Shown here: positions 41,386-55,825 of the stretch, piece after piece
Layout of the letters: the number at the start of each line of letters is the position of its first letter
Position numbering within the stretch: the stretch's first letter is position 1
Assembly (NCBI GenBank): GCA_951406725.2
Contig: OX597822.1
Location: forward strand, 4,154,001-4,218,000
Reading direction: 5' to 3'
Origin: Octopus vulgaris
Taxonomy: Eukaryota
Length of the DNA: 64,000 nt
Position numbers and translations under genes: made by a program
The notes under the pieces: generated by a model
Databases searched by the model: none
What the model was told of the DNA's origin: nothing
The model's input: the letters and a program-made list of their open reading frames with translations, nothing else

Positions 41386-41932
41386 AGAGAGCAGCGCATG
41401 CCATCAAAGTGACACAGAGGTACAAATATACGAAGCCCAATATACCTACCATGACTACCCGTCTGATAAAGGTACACCAGGCACATGCATCACAACCATA
41501 TGCGTGCGACGTGGTGATCTCATATCAAGATAAATACCGATGACCTTCCAAATGGGGCCCAGTAAGAATTCTCTTCAGGTCGAGTGGCCCATCCTGTTCA
41601 AAAGGTCCCTGAATAAGGGTTGATTAAGGATATTGAACGAAATATCTGTTTCCAGAGGTGAATTATTCAGGCCTCAAAGAATACCTTTCAATTCATGGCT
41701 ATGATGCTCCCCCACTACTTCTGCTCGTGATCAGAGATGCACATATCGTCAGTCACTAAGGGACATGCTCAACTGGTTACGGTCAAACAACTGACAAGCA
41801 AATCTGTGGTATTGAGCAGAATATTTGCTGTAGCCCATCTTTTACACCAAGACAAAACATGTACATGGCAACACTACAAATCAATTAAGATCAGAAGCCA
41901 GGAGAGCCAGTACTTGGTATTGCATCAGGGCA
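41386..41932. mobile_element. Unclassified interspersed repeat of about 550 bp flanked by (TTA/TTG)n
   Basis: The first 60 bp or so (gagagcag.gcat.ccatcaaagtgacac...) recur at 39512-39571, also directly after (TTA)n. Confidence 0.6.
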
Positions 41933-42138
41933 TTCTATTATTGTTGTTGTTGTTGTTATTTCTCATTTTACATAACAAAACTTTGAGAAACACCAGCTGA
42001 ATCTCCCTCAAACTACGCCTACTTCCAGTCAAATAAGGGTGGGGAGTGGAAAACGAACTTGAAATGGAGTGATAATGGCAAACATTTGTCATTTCCTCTC
42101 TGTCTACTTCTCTCTCTCTGTCTCTCTCCCTTCCCTCC

Positions 42139-42174
<36 letters not shown>

Positions 42175-42581
42175 AATCCTGAAACAGAGAGAGATACAGA
42201 ATGGAGACACATAAGAGAAAAATAGAGAAAGAAGGACGGTGATGATGGCGGCGGTTTAAAAACTAAATAACACATGCATTCATCTAAATAGTTTGCTGCA
42301 AAAACCATTCTTCAGTGAACTATTAATGTAATTTACACTGGATTCAATTTCGAAAGGACTACAACAGGGATTTAACGTCAAATGCTTTCTATTCTATTTA
42401 ATTTCCTAATAACGTTTATTCATAAGGTTTACAGTGGATTCAGATTCGGAAAGACACCTGAGATCTGAGATATGCTTCAACTCAAAAGAAAGATGTTTGC
42501 TAATTCAAAAGCGTCTGAATCGAATTAAACAACAGTCATACGATATCGCAGCGTTCTTCTATATTGAGTGACTGCTAACAA

Positions 42582-42996
42582 GGTGGCGAGCTGGCAGAAA
42601 CGTTAGCACGCCGGGCGAAATGCGTAGCCGTATATTGTCTGCCGTTACGTTCTGAGTTCAAATTCCGCCGAGGTCGACTTTGCCTTTCATCCTTTCGGGG
42701 TCGATAAATTAAGTACCAGTTACGCACTGGGGTCGATATAATCGAATTTAATCCGTATGCCTGTCCTTGTTTGTCCTCTTTGTGTTTAGCCCCTTGTGGG
42801 TAGTAAAGAAATAGGTATTTCGTCTGCCGTTACGTTCTGAGTTCAAATTCCACCGAGGTCGACTTTGCCTTTCATCCTTTCGGGAGTCGATAAATAAAGT
42901 ACCAGTTTCGCACTGGGTTTGATATAATCGACTTAATCCTTTTGTCTGTCCTTGTTTGTCCTCTTTGTGTTTAGCCCCTTGTGGGTAGTAAAGAAA
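42582..42996 (+). mobile_element. SINE family B with two internal units
   Basis: Nearly identical to 11070-11485. Confidence 0.9.
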
Positions 42997-43160
42997 CATA
43001 TATATTTATGCATAATTAATCAAAACAACGTAGCAATAACATTCATAGAATAAGTTCATTACAATCTATTTTTTAAAAGTTAAAAAAACTTCATAACGAA
43101 TTTAATTCTGATCCGTGTGCCCTGTAGATTTTAACTCCAGAAAACTCATCACTTATTATA

Positions 43161-43982
43161 CAGGGTGCGGATTTATGCTTTGCGTAAATTACACGGCCGT
43201 TGTTGTGGTGCTAATAAAGTTGGGCAGGAGTTGATGATGCATTCATGTAGCTAATATTTTATATTTTTGGTTTTTGTTATGCGTATGGTTTGGACTGGTG
43301 CACATCATGCGTTTACCGTTAAATCGCTCATCAAAAATTATAAATCTGTTACTGCGACACAAAGAGCTTTTCATAATCATTTAGAAATAGGTCAAAAGGA
43401 TGCTTTTGCGCAACCGAGAACCGAAGACCTATTTCCAGAAAATGTCCAAGCCTGTAACATCTTTTTTTGCTGTCTCCTAAACATTCAATCCGAAAACATA
43501 CTTCTGCCTTGGGATTGTCTGATCGAACTCCCAGAAGAATTATATAAACCGGATGTGTGTTTTCCACTGGATGGAGTTTCTGCTCAATCGAGAACATCAA
43601 TGGAAGTTTTGAAAGATCTGTTTCCAAAAAATATTATCTCTTTACGTGGTGACGTTGATTTGCCTGCACGCTCACCTTATCTCGACCCAGAGACTATTTT
43701 CTCTTGGGTTACCCTCAGTTATCGGCCAACAACCATTGATAAACTGAAGGTTACCATACGCTAATCAATTGTCGTAAATGACTCGCTGAATAATGGAATA
43801 CCTCCGAAATCTACTAAAGCAGAGTAGCACGATTAGAGGCAACCACTGGTAGGATATCACTTTCAAAGCCTAAAAAAGCTGTGTCCATTCATGTTAACGT
43901 TATTTATATATTTGTCGAATACCATTTACTTTAACTTTTTTGTCAACCTGTAAAATATGGAAGATATTTTCGTTGCACCCTC
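43161..43982 (+). mobile_element. Internally deleted Tc1/mariner-superfamily element
   Basis: Termini TA|CAGGGTGC and GCACCCTC|TA. ORF 43267-43764 has an N-terminal SVTATQRAF HTH-like segment, FPLDG (compare FQQDG) and LPARSPYLDP..IFSW (compare WPARSPDL.P.DFFLW). Confidence 0.8.
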
Positions 43983-44229
43983 TAGTGTAATTAATGCATT
44001 GACGATTTTATCATAGTTTGAAACACATTACCAGAATTCATAAAAGAATAAGAAATTGATTCATCAGTTAAGTAGTGACATTTTAATAAAGGCAATATAC
44101 ATGTCTGTCTAAAGTTACCGACTGAAATATGTCGAGGTCGCTTAGTGATAGAGTTGGTATTTACTATGTGCATACATGTTATACTCAGTAATTTTCGTAT
44201 CAGTACGGTGTCACTGTGATGCACACACA

Positions 44230-44708
<479 letters not shown>

Positions 44709-44709
44709 A

Positions 44710-44774
<65 letters not shown>

Positions 44775-44789
44775 GTGTGCGTGAATGCG

Positions 44790-44833
<44 letters not shown>

Positions 44834-47739
44834 GTAAGTATGCACCTATATATATATATATACTTTATTTATTCACCTTGTCTGTACTCATCCACTCTTC
44901 TATTTGCTGCATTATTCTGACGGTATCATTCAACGAAGGCAGAATCCGTTACTAAATACCATCATCGTTTCTGTACTGCCTTTCATTACTTTCTTCCCCG
45001 ATAACTACTTGCTGTTGTCATCCATCACTCACTCTCACCAAAATATCTCAGTAAAAGCTTTACAGCATAGAAACTATTTTCCCTTAACGTATCTGAAAAC
45101 CACGATAGCATAGTTAAGCCTTGACTCACAATGGAACACTTGCTTTCATGTAAGGGATGATTATGATGCTACTAAATACACAATCATCAAAGACACACAC
45201 GCCTTTAAAAATGCCAGCAGACTGACTCGCATGGAGTCACACACACACCAATATATTTCAACATTTGCTCAGAGAGACACTGTCTCTTCAATCTACAATT
45301 TTATGCTACTTCCACAATGAAGTTAACAATAACAGGTCACCTCCACCGAAATCTGCCGACACACTTTTCTCTTACCCTATCGTTACTCATATTGTGTATA
45401 CCCCACCCCACGAGTCTCAAAATATCCGCCATTTTCATTTCTCCTTTGTTTGAACATCAATCCTCTGGAATTCAGCCACCGCCATGTTTTGTCTTTCTTT
45501 TGTTTTATCTGTATCTGTTAGTGAAGGTACATGGCCTAGAGAAGGTGTTATACTTACTATTGTAAGAATGTAGTTTCAATTCCCGGATCGAGTGGTGCAT
45601 TGTTTTTTGTTTTTGATTTTTTTTATAAACAAAAATCTTCATTTCCCGTTGCTGCAGTTCACTCAGCTGTAAATGAGTTTCAACCATAGCTGGGAAGTTA
45701 ACTATATAAGGAACTGGCGTCCCGTTCTGGCGTAAGTGTTGTAATCTCAGTCATTTACACTGCATGGATACCGAGTTTAGCTCCGTCCTTATGAGTCCTA
45801 GGTCTCAAGACAGAGCTGTCTTTCGTATTTATTCACGGCGAATATCAACTGCATTGACCTCACCAAGCTCTGAAAGTTTGTGAAAACCATGGCCAAAGAC
45901 GTTTCCTCTTGGGTAAACCATTAAACAAAATTTCGACCATCTATAAACAATTATATTCAACCCCTTTACAACATTTGGAATATATCTCTTTCAGTAATCC
46001 CTCTTATATTTATAAACATTGCATAGCTAGAACCTTAACCCTAACCCTAACACGTTAATCCTCAAATTGACTGAACAAAATGATCTACAGGATATAACAC
46101 CCAACTTTCCCTTAAATAGATAATGCATTTCTGCTTATTGTACGTCTGAAAAACGGGGTAGCCTAAGTTGAGATGCTTTTGACCTTAGAGTGGAATGATC
46201 TGGACGTAAACAAAACAATATAACATCAACACTATAATTAGCAGCAGCAGCAACCCCCTCATCATGACGACCCTAATATATGGGCCCCTACTTAGTTGCT
46301 ACACTGGCTAGAAATAGTTGCCGAGTCTCCTTTAGCGTCTCAAAAATGCGGAAGGATACACTAGCTAATGATACAGTTGGTAAAAGACGGTATTGTTACG
46401 GCTGGAATGTCAGATGAAATCATTGGTCTGATTCTTCTAGGTTGGCACAAGGCTAAATAACAGAAATAAAAGCAAAGAATGGTATGAAGACCACCACTCA
46501 CTTTTTCTTCCCTAGAAGCACAACGGGGCAAAATAAATGCTGAGACCACGACGCAGTTTGAATATCTGCTGTTCGTCCTATTAAAAAAATATGTCGCGCT
46601 CCTTATATTTTCAACTTAAAAAAAGTATGACCTTTGTGCCGAGTTCTGGAATTTGAGTTATTTGCTAATATACTGAAGTATCTGATCAACTTGTTGGGTT
46701 TCTTGGTTCCGACCTACAGAGCAGAATATCCAATTACACTGATTATAATATTCAAATAACCAGCATAACAACAACGCCTGATCTAATAATATAACATAAT
46801 CTTAGCTACATATAGCTCGAAATATCATTATTGTTGCAGTTGTTGTTGTTGTTGTTGCTGTTGGTACCAGGTTTGCACAGATCAAGCAGATCTCTGATCA
46901 AATCTATACCTAACGTTATATGATTTTAGGAATATTTGGCTGCGATTTCTAGAAGTTTCATCAACAATATTATTATTTGGGTTTTAATATAAAAGTGGAA
47001 TGAACAAATGGCGGTGCCCCAGCATGGCCACAGCTCGTGAGCTGAAACTAGATAAAATAAAAAAAAATTAAAAAACTGAATAGCTAGTGTTCTACGATGT
47101 AAAAAAGAGATAGAATAACTTTCTGGCGCCAGGAAACCCAAAACAGTTTTTGTGCTGAAATATTTTACAAAAATTTAATTCGTTCAACCGTACTTTCTGT
47201 ACAAATACTTGCGAGTGACGGCTAGCTTTGCCTGATGTCGTATACCTGAAATGCCATTGTATACAAGTCATGTATTATCAATCAATAAACAACTCAAGAT
47301 AATATTTGTTTAATTGAAGTATTGTCTAATATCTATCTTTTAATTGTTTCAGTCATTAGACTGCGGTCAATGCTTGGACACCAGCATGAAGGCGTTTTAG
47401 TCGAAGGAATCAATTCCAGTAATTATTGCTGTTTCTTGTTTGTGTTTTTTTAAGCCTGGTACTTATTCTTTCGTTCAATTTTGTCGAACTGCTACGTTAC
47501 GGGGATGTAAACACAACACCAGTTGTCAAGTAATAGTGGGGGGACAAACACTGACACAAAGACACACATACACACATCTATACATATATATTTCTTTACT
47601 ACCCACAAGGGGCTAAACACAGAGGGGACAGACAAAGGGATTAAGTCGATTACATAGACCCCAGTGCGTAACTGGTACTTAATTTATCGACCCCGAAAGG
47701 ATGAAAGGCAAAGTCGACCTCGGCGGAATTTGACACACA

Positions 47740-48190
47740 TCTATACATATAAAGCTGAAGTTGTCTGTGTGTGTGTGTGTGTGTGTGGCAGGTTTGGTAG
47801 CCTTCAACTAACACTATCTCCTCCGAGACCCTGCGGCGCAAGTTGACCAAAATTGAGAGTATGATAGAAGAAGGCTTGCTCTTCATTCCGTAGAAGAAAA
47901 TATTCAAATCCGACTATGTTAACACCAAATATTATTTACATCAAAAAGGTGCTTTTTTTCTATGAAAATCCCTATTTTTTACGATTTTTTTACTGCTGTG
48001 TCGCCATTTTTCGGTGTATTTCAACCAGAAAAATGTTTACTTAAAGAGAATAACAAGCTACATAATGCAAAATTTTTACTTTTCAAAAAAGACTGAAACT
48101 ATGCCAAACCTTTATTAACGCAACATCAAAGTCTGCCGTTTTAAGCGCAACTAAAAAACAAACCCGAGCAACGCCGGGCTATACTGCTAG
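47740..48190 (+). mobile_element. Non-autonomous Helitron
   Basis: 5' end A|TCTATACATATAAAG, hairpin cccgagcaacgccggg at 48163-48178, 3' end CTAG|T. Confidence 0.88.
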
Positions 48191-48510
48191 TATTTATATA
48201 AATATACGACTGGCTTCTTTCAGTTTCCCTCTACCAACTCCACTCACAAGGTTTTCGAGTCTATAGTAGAAGAGACACAAGATGTCACACAGTGGAACTG
48301 AACCCAAAACCATGTAGTTGAGAAGCAAGATTCCTACCACACAGCCACGCCTATAGAAATGCTTCAGATATTTTTTTAAAGCCAAAACAATGTAAGAAAA
48401 AGTATTAATGTAGTTCGATACTTAGTACCATCGACCAGTAATATTATTTTTTTCTTATAACTTGAATTCATTTAGCTTTAAAAATATTTAAAATATTCAT
48501 TTCTCTAATT

Positions 48511-49465
<955 letters not shown>

Positions 49466-49582
49466 TGTTGTTTATGATATTTAAATAAAAGGAAGTAGAC
49501 ATGACCGTGTGGTTCTGTAGCTCGCTTTGCAACCACGTTATTTCGCGTTCAATTCCACTGCTCGGTGCCTTACACGAGTAAG

Positions 49583-49800
49583 CACATAAATGCAAAACAA
49601 AATGGGAAAATAGTACTCGAATACCGAAGGTAGAGTAATATGCTTTTTAATTAAAGCTGAAAAAAAAAACCTCGCAAAAATTTGTGACTCAGAGTTTCAC
49701 CTTTCCGTTCGTCGAACAGTTGTGATCAAGACAGACTTGATCGCAATTGTCCGATGAACGGAAAGGTGAAACTCTGAGTCACAGTTTTTGTGATGTTTTC
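49583..49800. mobile_element. pLTR-like element with two divergent hammerhead-like motifs forming a long hairpin
   Basis: The arms 49683-49730 and 49736-49783 are 48 bp with 4 differences. The plus arm reads attgt-CCGATGA-ACGGAAAGGT-GAA-ACTC-t-GAGT-C-acagt. Confidence 0.7.
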
Positions 49801-50177
49801 ATATGTATATATGTATGTGTGTGTGTGTTTGTGTGTACATATATATCAAAAGCTTAACAAAATCACACCAAACGGAAAATTTTACAAAAACATAACTAAC
49901 AGAAAATTCGTGGCTAATTCCTCGTCAGTCGACGTCCTTACAATTTCCCGCCTTTATATACAGGTGCGTGTATGTACACAGGTTTGCGCTTCTGTTCTCC
50001 TCACTACCATTTCAGCTGGTGTTAGTTTGTTTACGTCCTCGTAACTTGGCGGTTAGGCATAATAACCCAAGAGAAGTACTAGCCTTTAAAAATAACTACT
50101 GTAGTCGATTCGTTCAACGATAAATCCACTTCAAGGCGGTGCCCCTGAACTACCGCAATCCATATGGTTGTAACAAT

Positions 50178-51323
50178 CTTTTATCTTTTACTTGTTTCAT
50201 TCATTTGACTACGGCCATGCTGGGGCACTGTCTTGGAGGTTTTAGTCAAACAAATCGAACCCGGGCTTTCTTTTAAAGCCTAGTACTTATTCTATCGCTT
50301 ACTTTTCCCGGACCGCTAAGTTATGGGGGTTTAAACACACCAACACCGGTTGTCAAGCGTTGGTGGAGGAGTTCAAACAGGTATAAATACACACACACAC
50401 ACATATATATATGATGATCAAATGTTTTTATTTTTTCATTTCGTTCCTGTCGAATTTTATCCCTAATTTTTGTGGTTATGGAACCTAGCTGTTCTTTCTA
50501 GCATGTTGAATTCCATGGTTGGATTTAAATGTACACTATATATTATGACTAATTCATAGTCTTTTGGGGCTAAATTTTTTACACGTTAGGCCACTGGAAG
50601 TGGAAATTTTAATTAATTTTCCATTTCCCTTTGATATGTTTAAGTATTGTAAGTTTCTTAGATAATTTTCGATTTTAAAAGTTGGCATTTTTTTATTGCC
50701 TGCGAACTGCTGCGTCTGCGCAGTAGATTTTGAAAAATTAGGTTATATAAACGGGAGGCATATAGTTTGATTGCCTCGTTGTTTATATATTTAACCCAAG
50801 GTGTACTTGTTGAGGACGATTGGTGAAATCGTCCTCGTGAGCAAATATTATTTATTTTCTTGCTAAACTAAAATCAGAAACCAATTGGTCCAGGAAACTA
50901 GATGGTAAAATGTTTTTATTTTTTCATTTCGTTCCTGTCGAATTTTATCCCTAATTTTTGTGGTTATGGAACTTAGCTGTTCTTTCTAGCGTGTTGAATC
51001 CCACGAGTGGATTCCTTATATGTTTAAATGTACACTATATATTATGACTAATTCATGGTCTTTTGGGGCTAACTTTTTTTACACGTTTGGCCATGGAGGT
51101 GAAAATTTTCATTTATTTTCCATTTCCCTTTGATATGTTTAAAAAAAAAAATATATATATATATATACGACGGGCTTCTTTCAGTTTCCGTCCACCAAAT
51201 CCACTCACAAGGCTTTGGTCGGCCCGAAGCTTGGTAGAAGACACTTTCCCAAGGTGTCACACAGTGGGACTTAAGCTGGAACCACGTGGTTGGGAAGCAA
51301 GCTTCTTACCAAACAGCCGTGCC
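50178..51323 (-). mobile_element. SINE family A split by an insertion of about 730 bp in its internal (TA)n
   Basis: The 3' arm is at 50178-50410 and the 5' arm at 51151-51323. Confidence 0.85.
50419..51142 (+). mobile_element. 1.5-copy tandem element (unit about 490 bp) with a central hammerhead-like motif
   Basis: aaatgtttttattttttcatttcgttcctgtcg...gatatgttt occurs at about 50420-50641 and 50908-51140. 50806-50894 reads cttg-TTGAGGA-cgatt[...]aatca-GAA-ACCAATTGGT-C-cagg. Confidence 0.7.
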
Positions 51324-51843
51324 TCTGTTCACAAATTTAATTTCAAATTCGTTGTGTTACTGTCTCACTAAATATACAACATTATAGGCTCTTATTTTAC
51401 TGATTCACACCCAGCTCCCGAGGAATTAAAAACAAAACTTGAAATCAGTCAGGATTTGCACTTAAAAACATTACATATCTCGCTAAATATCGAAAGAAAT
51501 ATTACCACCAGTGACGCCGGGCTGTTTGCGCTATGTCCACCGACGACACTTAACTTCAATATAAAAAGACAAACACATTTAATAACGGATATTAGTCTGT
51601 TGGAACATCAGAACAACGAGTACGTTGTCTGTTTAAAGTTTTAATTTACCGACTAATAAAAGCAAACTGGCCTTCAGGCTTTTCTGAGGAAAACTCGATA
51701 ACAAATTGTTCAGCTACATTTTTTTTTTGTTTGTCATGTTTTTCAACATTGACATGTCTTAAATAAGAGCTAATAACAATGTGTTTGTCAGTCTCTGTTT
51801 ATGTGTCTGAGAATTATGTATGTACGCATGTATGTATGTAAGG

Positions 51844-51895
<52 letters not shown>

Positions 51896-52030
51896 CACGT
51901 ACATTCTCACACGTATCTGCATAACATACATTATACATACATATATATATATATAATTATATATATATGTACTTATATGTATATGTATATATACATAATT
52001 ATATATATATGTTATATATACATAATTATA

Positions 52031-52062
<32 letters not shown>

Positions 52063-52167
52063 ATCATATATATGTCTCTCTATATATATACACACACACG
52101 TACACTCACACAGAAACACATGTACACATATATATATATATGTATATATATCAAAGGTTTATATATA

Positions 52168-52199
<32 letters not shown>

Positions 52200-52603
52200 C
52201 TTGTGTGCGTGTGTTCGTGGGTGTATGTATGTGTGAACGTTTCTGTGCACGCATGCGCGTATGTGTAATACGAGATTAAGAGTTAAAACTGAAGCAATTA
52301 CATATTAGATTAGTCACTTTAACCATACAAAATCAAAAAACAAATAAACGTTACATTTTCCTGTCTACGTCTCAATAGTGCGATCTACTATGAAATGTCA
52401 AAAACTTTCATCGTACTTTTACAGCCTTGTCACTGATAAACTTCCACTGCAGCAGCTAAAAATTAGCTTCAAATTCTTCTTTTTTACAGACCTTTAATGA
52501 TTTTTTTTTCATCGTGTATTTCTTTTGCTAGTTTTTTTTTTTTTTTCTCCTTCCATTGTTTCGTTTGTTAACTACCGTAATCTTTCAGAATATAAGTCTA
52601 GTA

Positions 52604-52999
52604 AGGCGGCGAACTGGCAGAATCGTTAGCACGCCGGGCGAAATGCGTAGCCGTATTTCGTCTGCCGTCACGTTCTGAGTTCAAATTCCGCCGAGGTCGA
52701 CTTTGCCTTTCATCATTTCGGGGTCGATAAATAAAGTACCAGTTACGCACTGCGGTCGATGTGATCGACTTAATCCGTTTGTCTGTCCTTGTTTGTCCCT
52801 TCTATGTTCAACCCCTTGTGGGTAATAAAGAAACAGATATTTTGTTCTGTCTTTATGTTCTGAGTTCAAATTCCGCCAAGGGCCACTTTAACTTTCATCC
52901 TTTCGGGTCGATAAATTGAGTACCAGTTGCGTACTGACGTCGATCTAATCGACTGGCCCCCTCCCCAAAAAATTTCGGGCCTTGTGCCTACAGTAGAAA
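52604..52999 (+). mobile_element. SINE family B with a 17-bp TSD
   Basis: agaatataagtctagta lies at 52587-52603 and 53000-53016. Confidence 0.92.
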
Positions 53000-53461
53000 A
53001 GAATATAAGTCTAGTACAGTGGTTTCCCACTTGGGGTCCGCAAAGATAGTACATTAACATATACATTATGTTAAACATTGCGTCAATATGTCAGTTGTAT
53101 TGCAATTTGTGGCTCTACAGTTATTAGCTAACTCCATTGCTCTTTGATTTAATTCTGTCTAAATAGTATTATATCTGTATATATATAAAAGACAGGATGT
53201 GAGTGTGTTTGTGTGTATGCGTGTGTACGTGAATGTAATTTATGCACGTTCACAAATTAGCAGGCATGTCGCTCAAATTTTAGGAGGACATTCGTCAGGA
53301 CCCTAGCTGTATTTTGGTGAAATTATTCTCCCCCGAAGCAAGGCGAATAGCGGCAAAAATAATTTTGAACCATAACGTCTAACAATTTTCAAATCGGAGA
53401 AATCCACCATTATTTACAAATATGAGTTAAGTCCCCTTCTAGCGACAAGTTACTGTTATCT

Positions 53462-53614
53462 ATCGCTCTCTCTCTCTCCACACACTAACAAAACAACTTC
53501 TCATACGCACTACACGTTCTGTGTTGCATACCCCATCAAACAGACTCACACACACATGGGGTGTGTAACACAGAACGTGTAGTGCTTATGAGAAGTTGTT
53601 TTGTTAGTATGTGT

Positions 53615-53651
<37 letters not shown>

Positions 53652-53666
53652 GAGAGAAAGAGCGAT
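53462..53666. repeat. Long inverted repeat (unique arms of about 60 bp plus (CT)/(AG) extension, 19-nt loop)
   Basis: ctaacaaaacaacttctcatacgcactacacgttctgtgttgcataccccat pairs with atggggtgtgtaacacagaacgtgtagtgcttatgagaagttgttttgttag. It lies downstream of a Helitron-like 5' end near 53174. Confidence 0.9.
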
Positions 53667-53821
53667 TTTAAAAAAAATTTTTAAATGACAGATTTTTTAA
53701 AATTTCGTCTTTTTAGTGAGTGATTGACAGACAAAGATACAGAGAAGGGTTGTTGTGAATGGCTTCAGTCACACACACACGAACATGTATGCGTACAAAA
53801 AGATATGTATGCAATAGGCGT

Positions 53822-53860
<39 letters not shown>

Positions 53861-53959
53861 GCCCGTATATATATATATATATACACACAATATAAACGAT
53901 ATTCTCTGTTTCTCCACTGCCAATTTCCAAACTAGGTGAATCCGTTGCTCTACTCATTG

Positions 53960-54582
53960 CAACATTTAGGGACCAATTCTGTATGTTTTTACTCCACTCT
54001 AAACGCTTTGCAACGTTTGTTTTTGAAAATAGTGGTTTTCTGATTGCAGCCTTTCCGTGAAATCCGGCTTTGTGCACCTCCCGGCGAACAGTTTTTTGTG
54101 GAAACTGAGTTCTCGAGGTGGTCATTAAGCTCTGCAGTAATTTTGGGGGCTGTACTTTTGTGATCCTTTCTAACAATTTGCGTAAGAATCCGACGGTCCC
54201 TATCTGAAAGTTTTGATTTTCTTCCAGAATTTTGTTTCGCCGAGGAGGTTTTTCCCTCTTTCTCAAAGGCTGCCATTACTTTCGAAACAGTACTTCGTGA
54301 TACACCAAACATTTCGGCTGTTTTCGTTACGCTAGCACCTGCCATACGAGCACCAACGATTTGACCTCTTTGAAAGTTTGATAGATCTGTAATTTTAATT
54401 AATTTTAATTACCTTTTTCTGATGATATCTGAAAAGAAATAGAAATTTTAGCAAAACATATTAAGCAACACTAATAATAAATCAAAAAACATAAAAATAA
54501 ACAAGCTTTTGACGGATTTATAGATATTTCAAAATTATGATGCTATGCTGCTAGGTGTTTCCATTATCTTGCCCATCCCCTG
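53960..54582 (-). mobile_element. 3'-truncated Tc1-type DNA transposon (paired-like HTH region)
   Basis: (I)TDLSNFQRGQIVGARMAGASVTKTAEMFGVSRSTVSKV..SGRKSKLSDRDRR, then a frameshift to TVRREVHKAGFHGKAAIRKPL..KRLEW. The left TIR is TA|CAGGGGATGGGCAAGATAATGGAAACACC. Confidence 0.9.
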
Positions 54583-54597
54583 TACATACATATATAG

Positions 54598-54895
54598 TGG
54601 AGGCACATGGCCTAGTGGTTAGAGCAGCGGATCGCAGTCGAGGGATCGCGGGTTCGAATCTCAGACTAGGTGATGTGCGTGTTTATGAGCGAAACACCTA
54701 AGCTCCACGCGGCTCCGGTAGAAAGTAGTGGCGAACTTCTGCTGACTCTTTCGCCACAACTTTCTCTCATTCTTTCTTCCTGCATCTTGCAGCTCACCTG
54801 CGACGACCGGCATCCCGTCCAGGTGGGGAACCTATACGCCAAGGAAGCCGGGAAACCGGCCCTTATGAGCCAGGCATGGCTCGAGAAGGAACAAA
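54598..54895 (+). mobile_element. SINE family C variant with an alternative tail
   Basis: tRNA-like head tggcctagtggttagagc..ggttcgaatctc. The tail ctgcgacgaccggcatcccgtccagg is shared with 63625-63930. Confidence 0.8.
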
Positions 54896-55060
54896 AAACA
54901 TACATATATAGAGAGAGAAAAATGGATAGATATGTTTGCCTGCGCGCATGCGCTGTGTGTGTGTTGTAAATCTTGTGGGAGTGCAGTTGACTGCAATATT
55001 TATCATACGAAATATTGTTTGCAATATGTGTGTGTGTTTTCGTCGTTCTTTATATATTTG

Positions 55061-55107
<47 letters not shown>

Positions 55108-55536
55108 GTACACACGTGTGTGTGTGCGTGTGTTTGTGTGTGTGTACGTAACTGTCGCTTTGTTTTTAGTTTATTTTTTCCTATGTCGCTTACGGTTGTT
55201 GTCATCCTCTAATGACTACGGCATTAACTTAGTTCAAAATTTTCGCTCAATGGGGAATTTCGAGGGCCATTGGGATTTCAACATTTATAACTTTGAATAA
55301 GTATGACCTTCACGTTATGGTGTTAATGTACTCGGTTTGGTATTACATTAGCACTTGGTTTTAACTATATTCTTTTAGCGACATCAACAAAGTAGAAGGA
55401 ACTTAATCTTGTTCCAATTGCGAAGGCGGTATAATTCGCTGGTAGTCACAAAATCATAATACATAAAGGCATTCAATGTGTGTGCGTGTGTGTGTATGTG
55501 TGTGTGTGTGTGTGTAAGTACACGCAGAGTCTAGAC

Positions 55537-55587
<51 letters not shown>

Positions 55588-55784
55588 TACATACACAACA
55601 TACCTATACACACACTCATGCGTACACAGACATACATACGCACAAACATATTTGTATATATAAATTTATAAATTATGCACAAAAACAAATATATATTTAT
55701 AGAGGTATACAAGTGTATATATATATATATATATATGTGTGTGTATGTATAGATGCATGCACACACACACACGTATATATACAT

Positions 55785-55825
<41 letters not shown>

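Noticed and set aside
46031-46051. Telomere-like (CCCTAA)n, also at 27241-27310
   Set aside because: Only 2-3 degenerate units, which is not an interstitial telomeric array.
49900-49935. Additional hammerhead on the minus strand (CTGACGA-ggaattagccac-GAA)
   Set aside because: GAAA is incomplete and stem III and the cleavage site are missing. At best a deleted relic.
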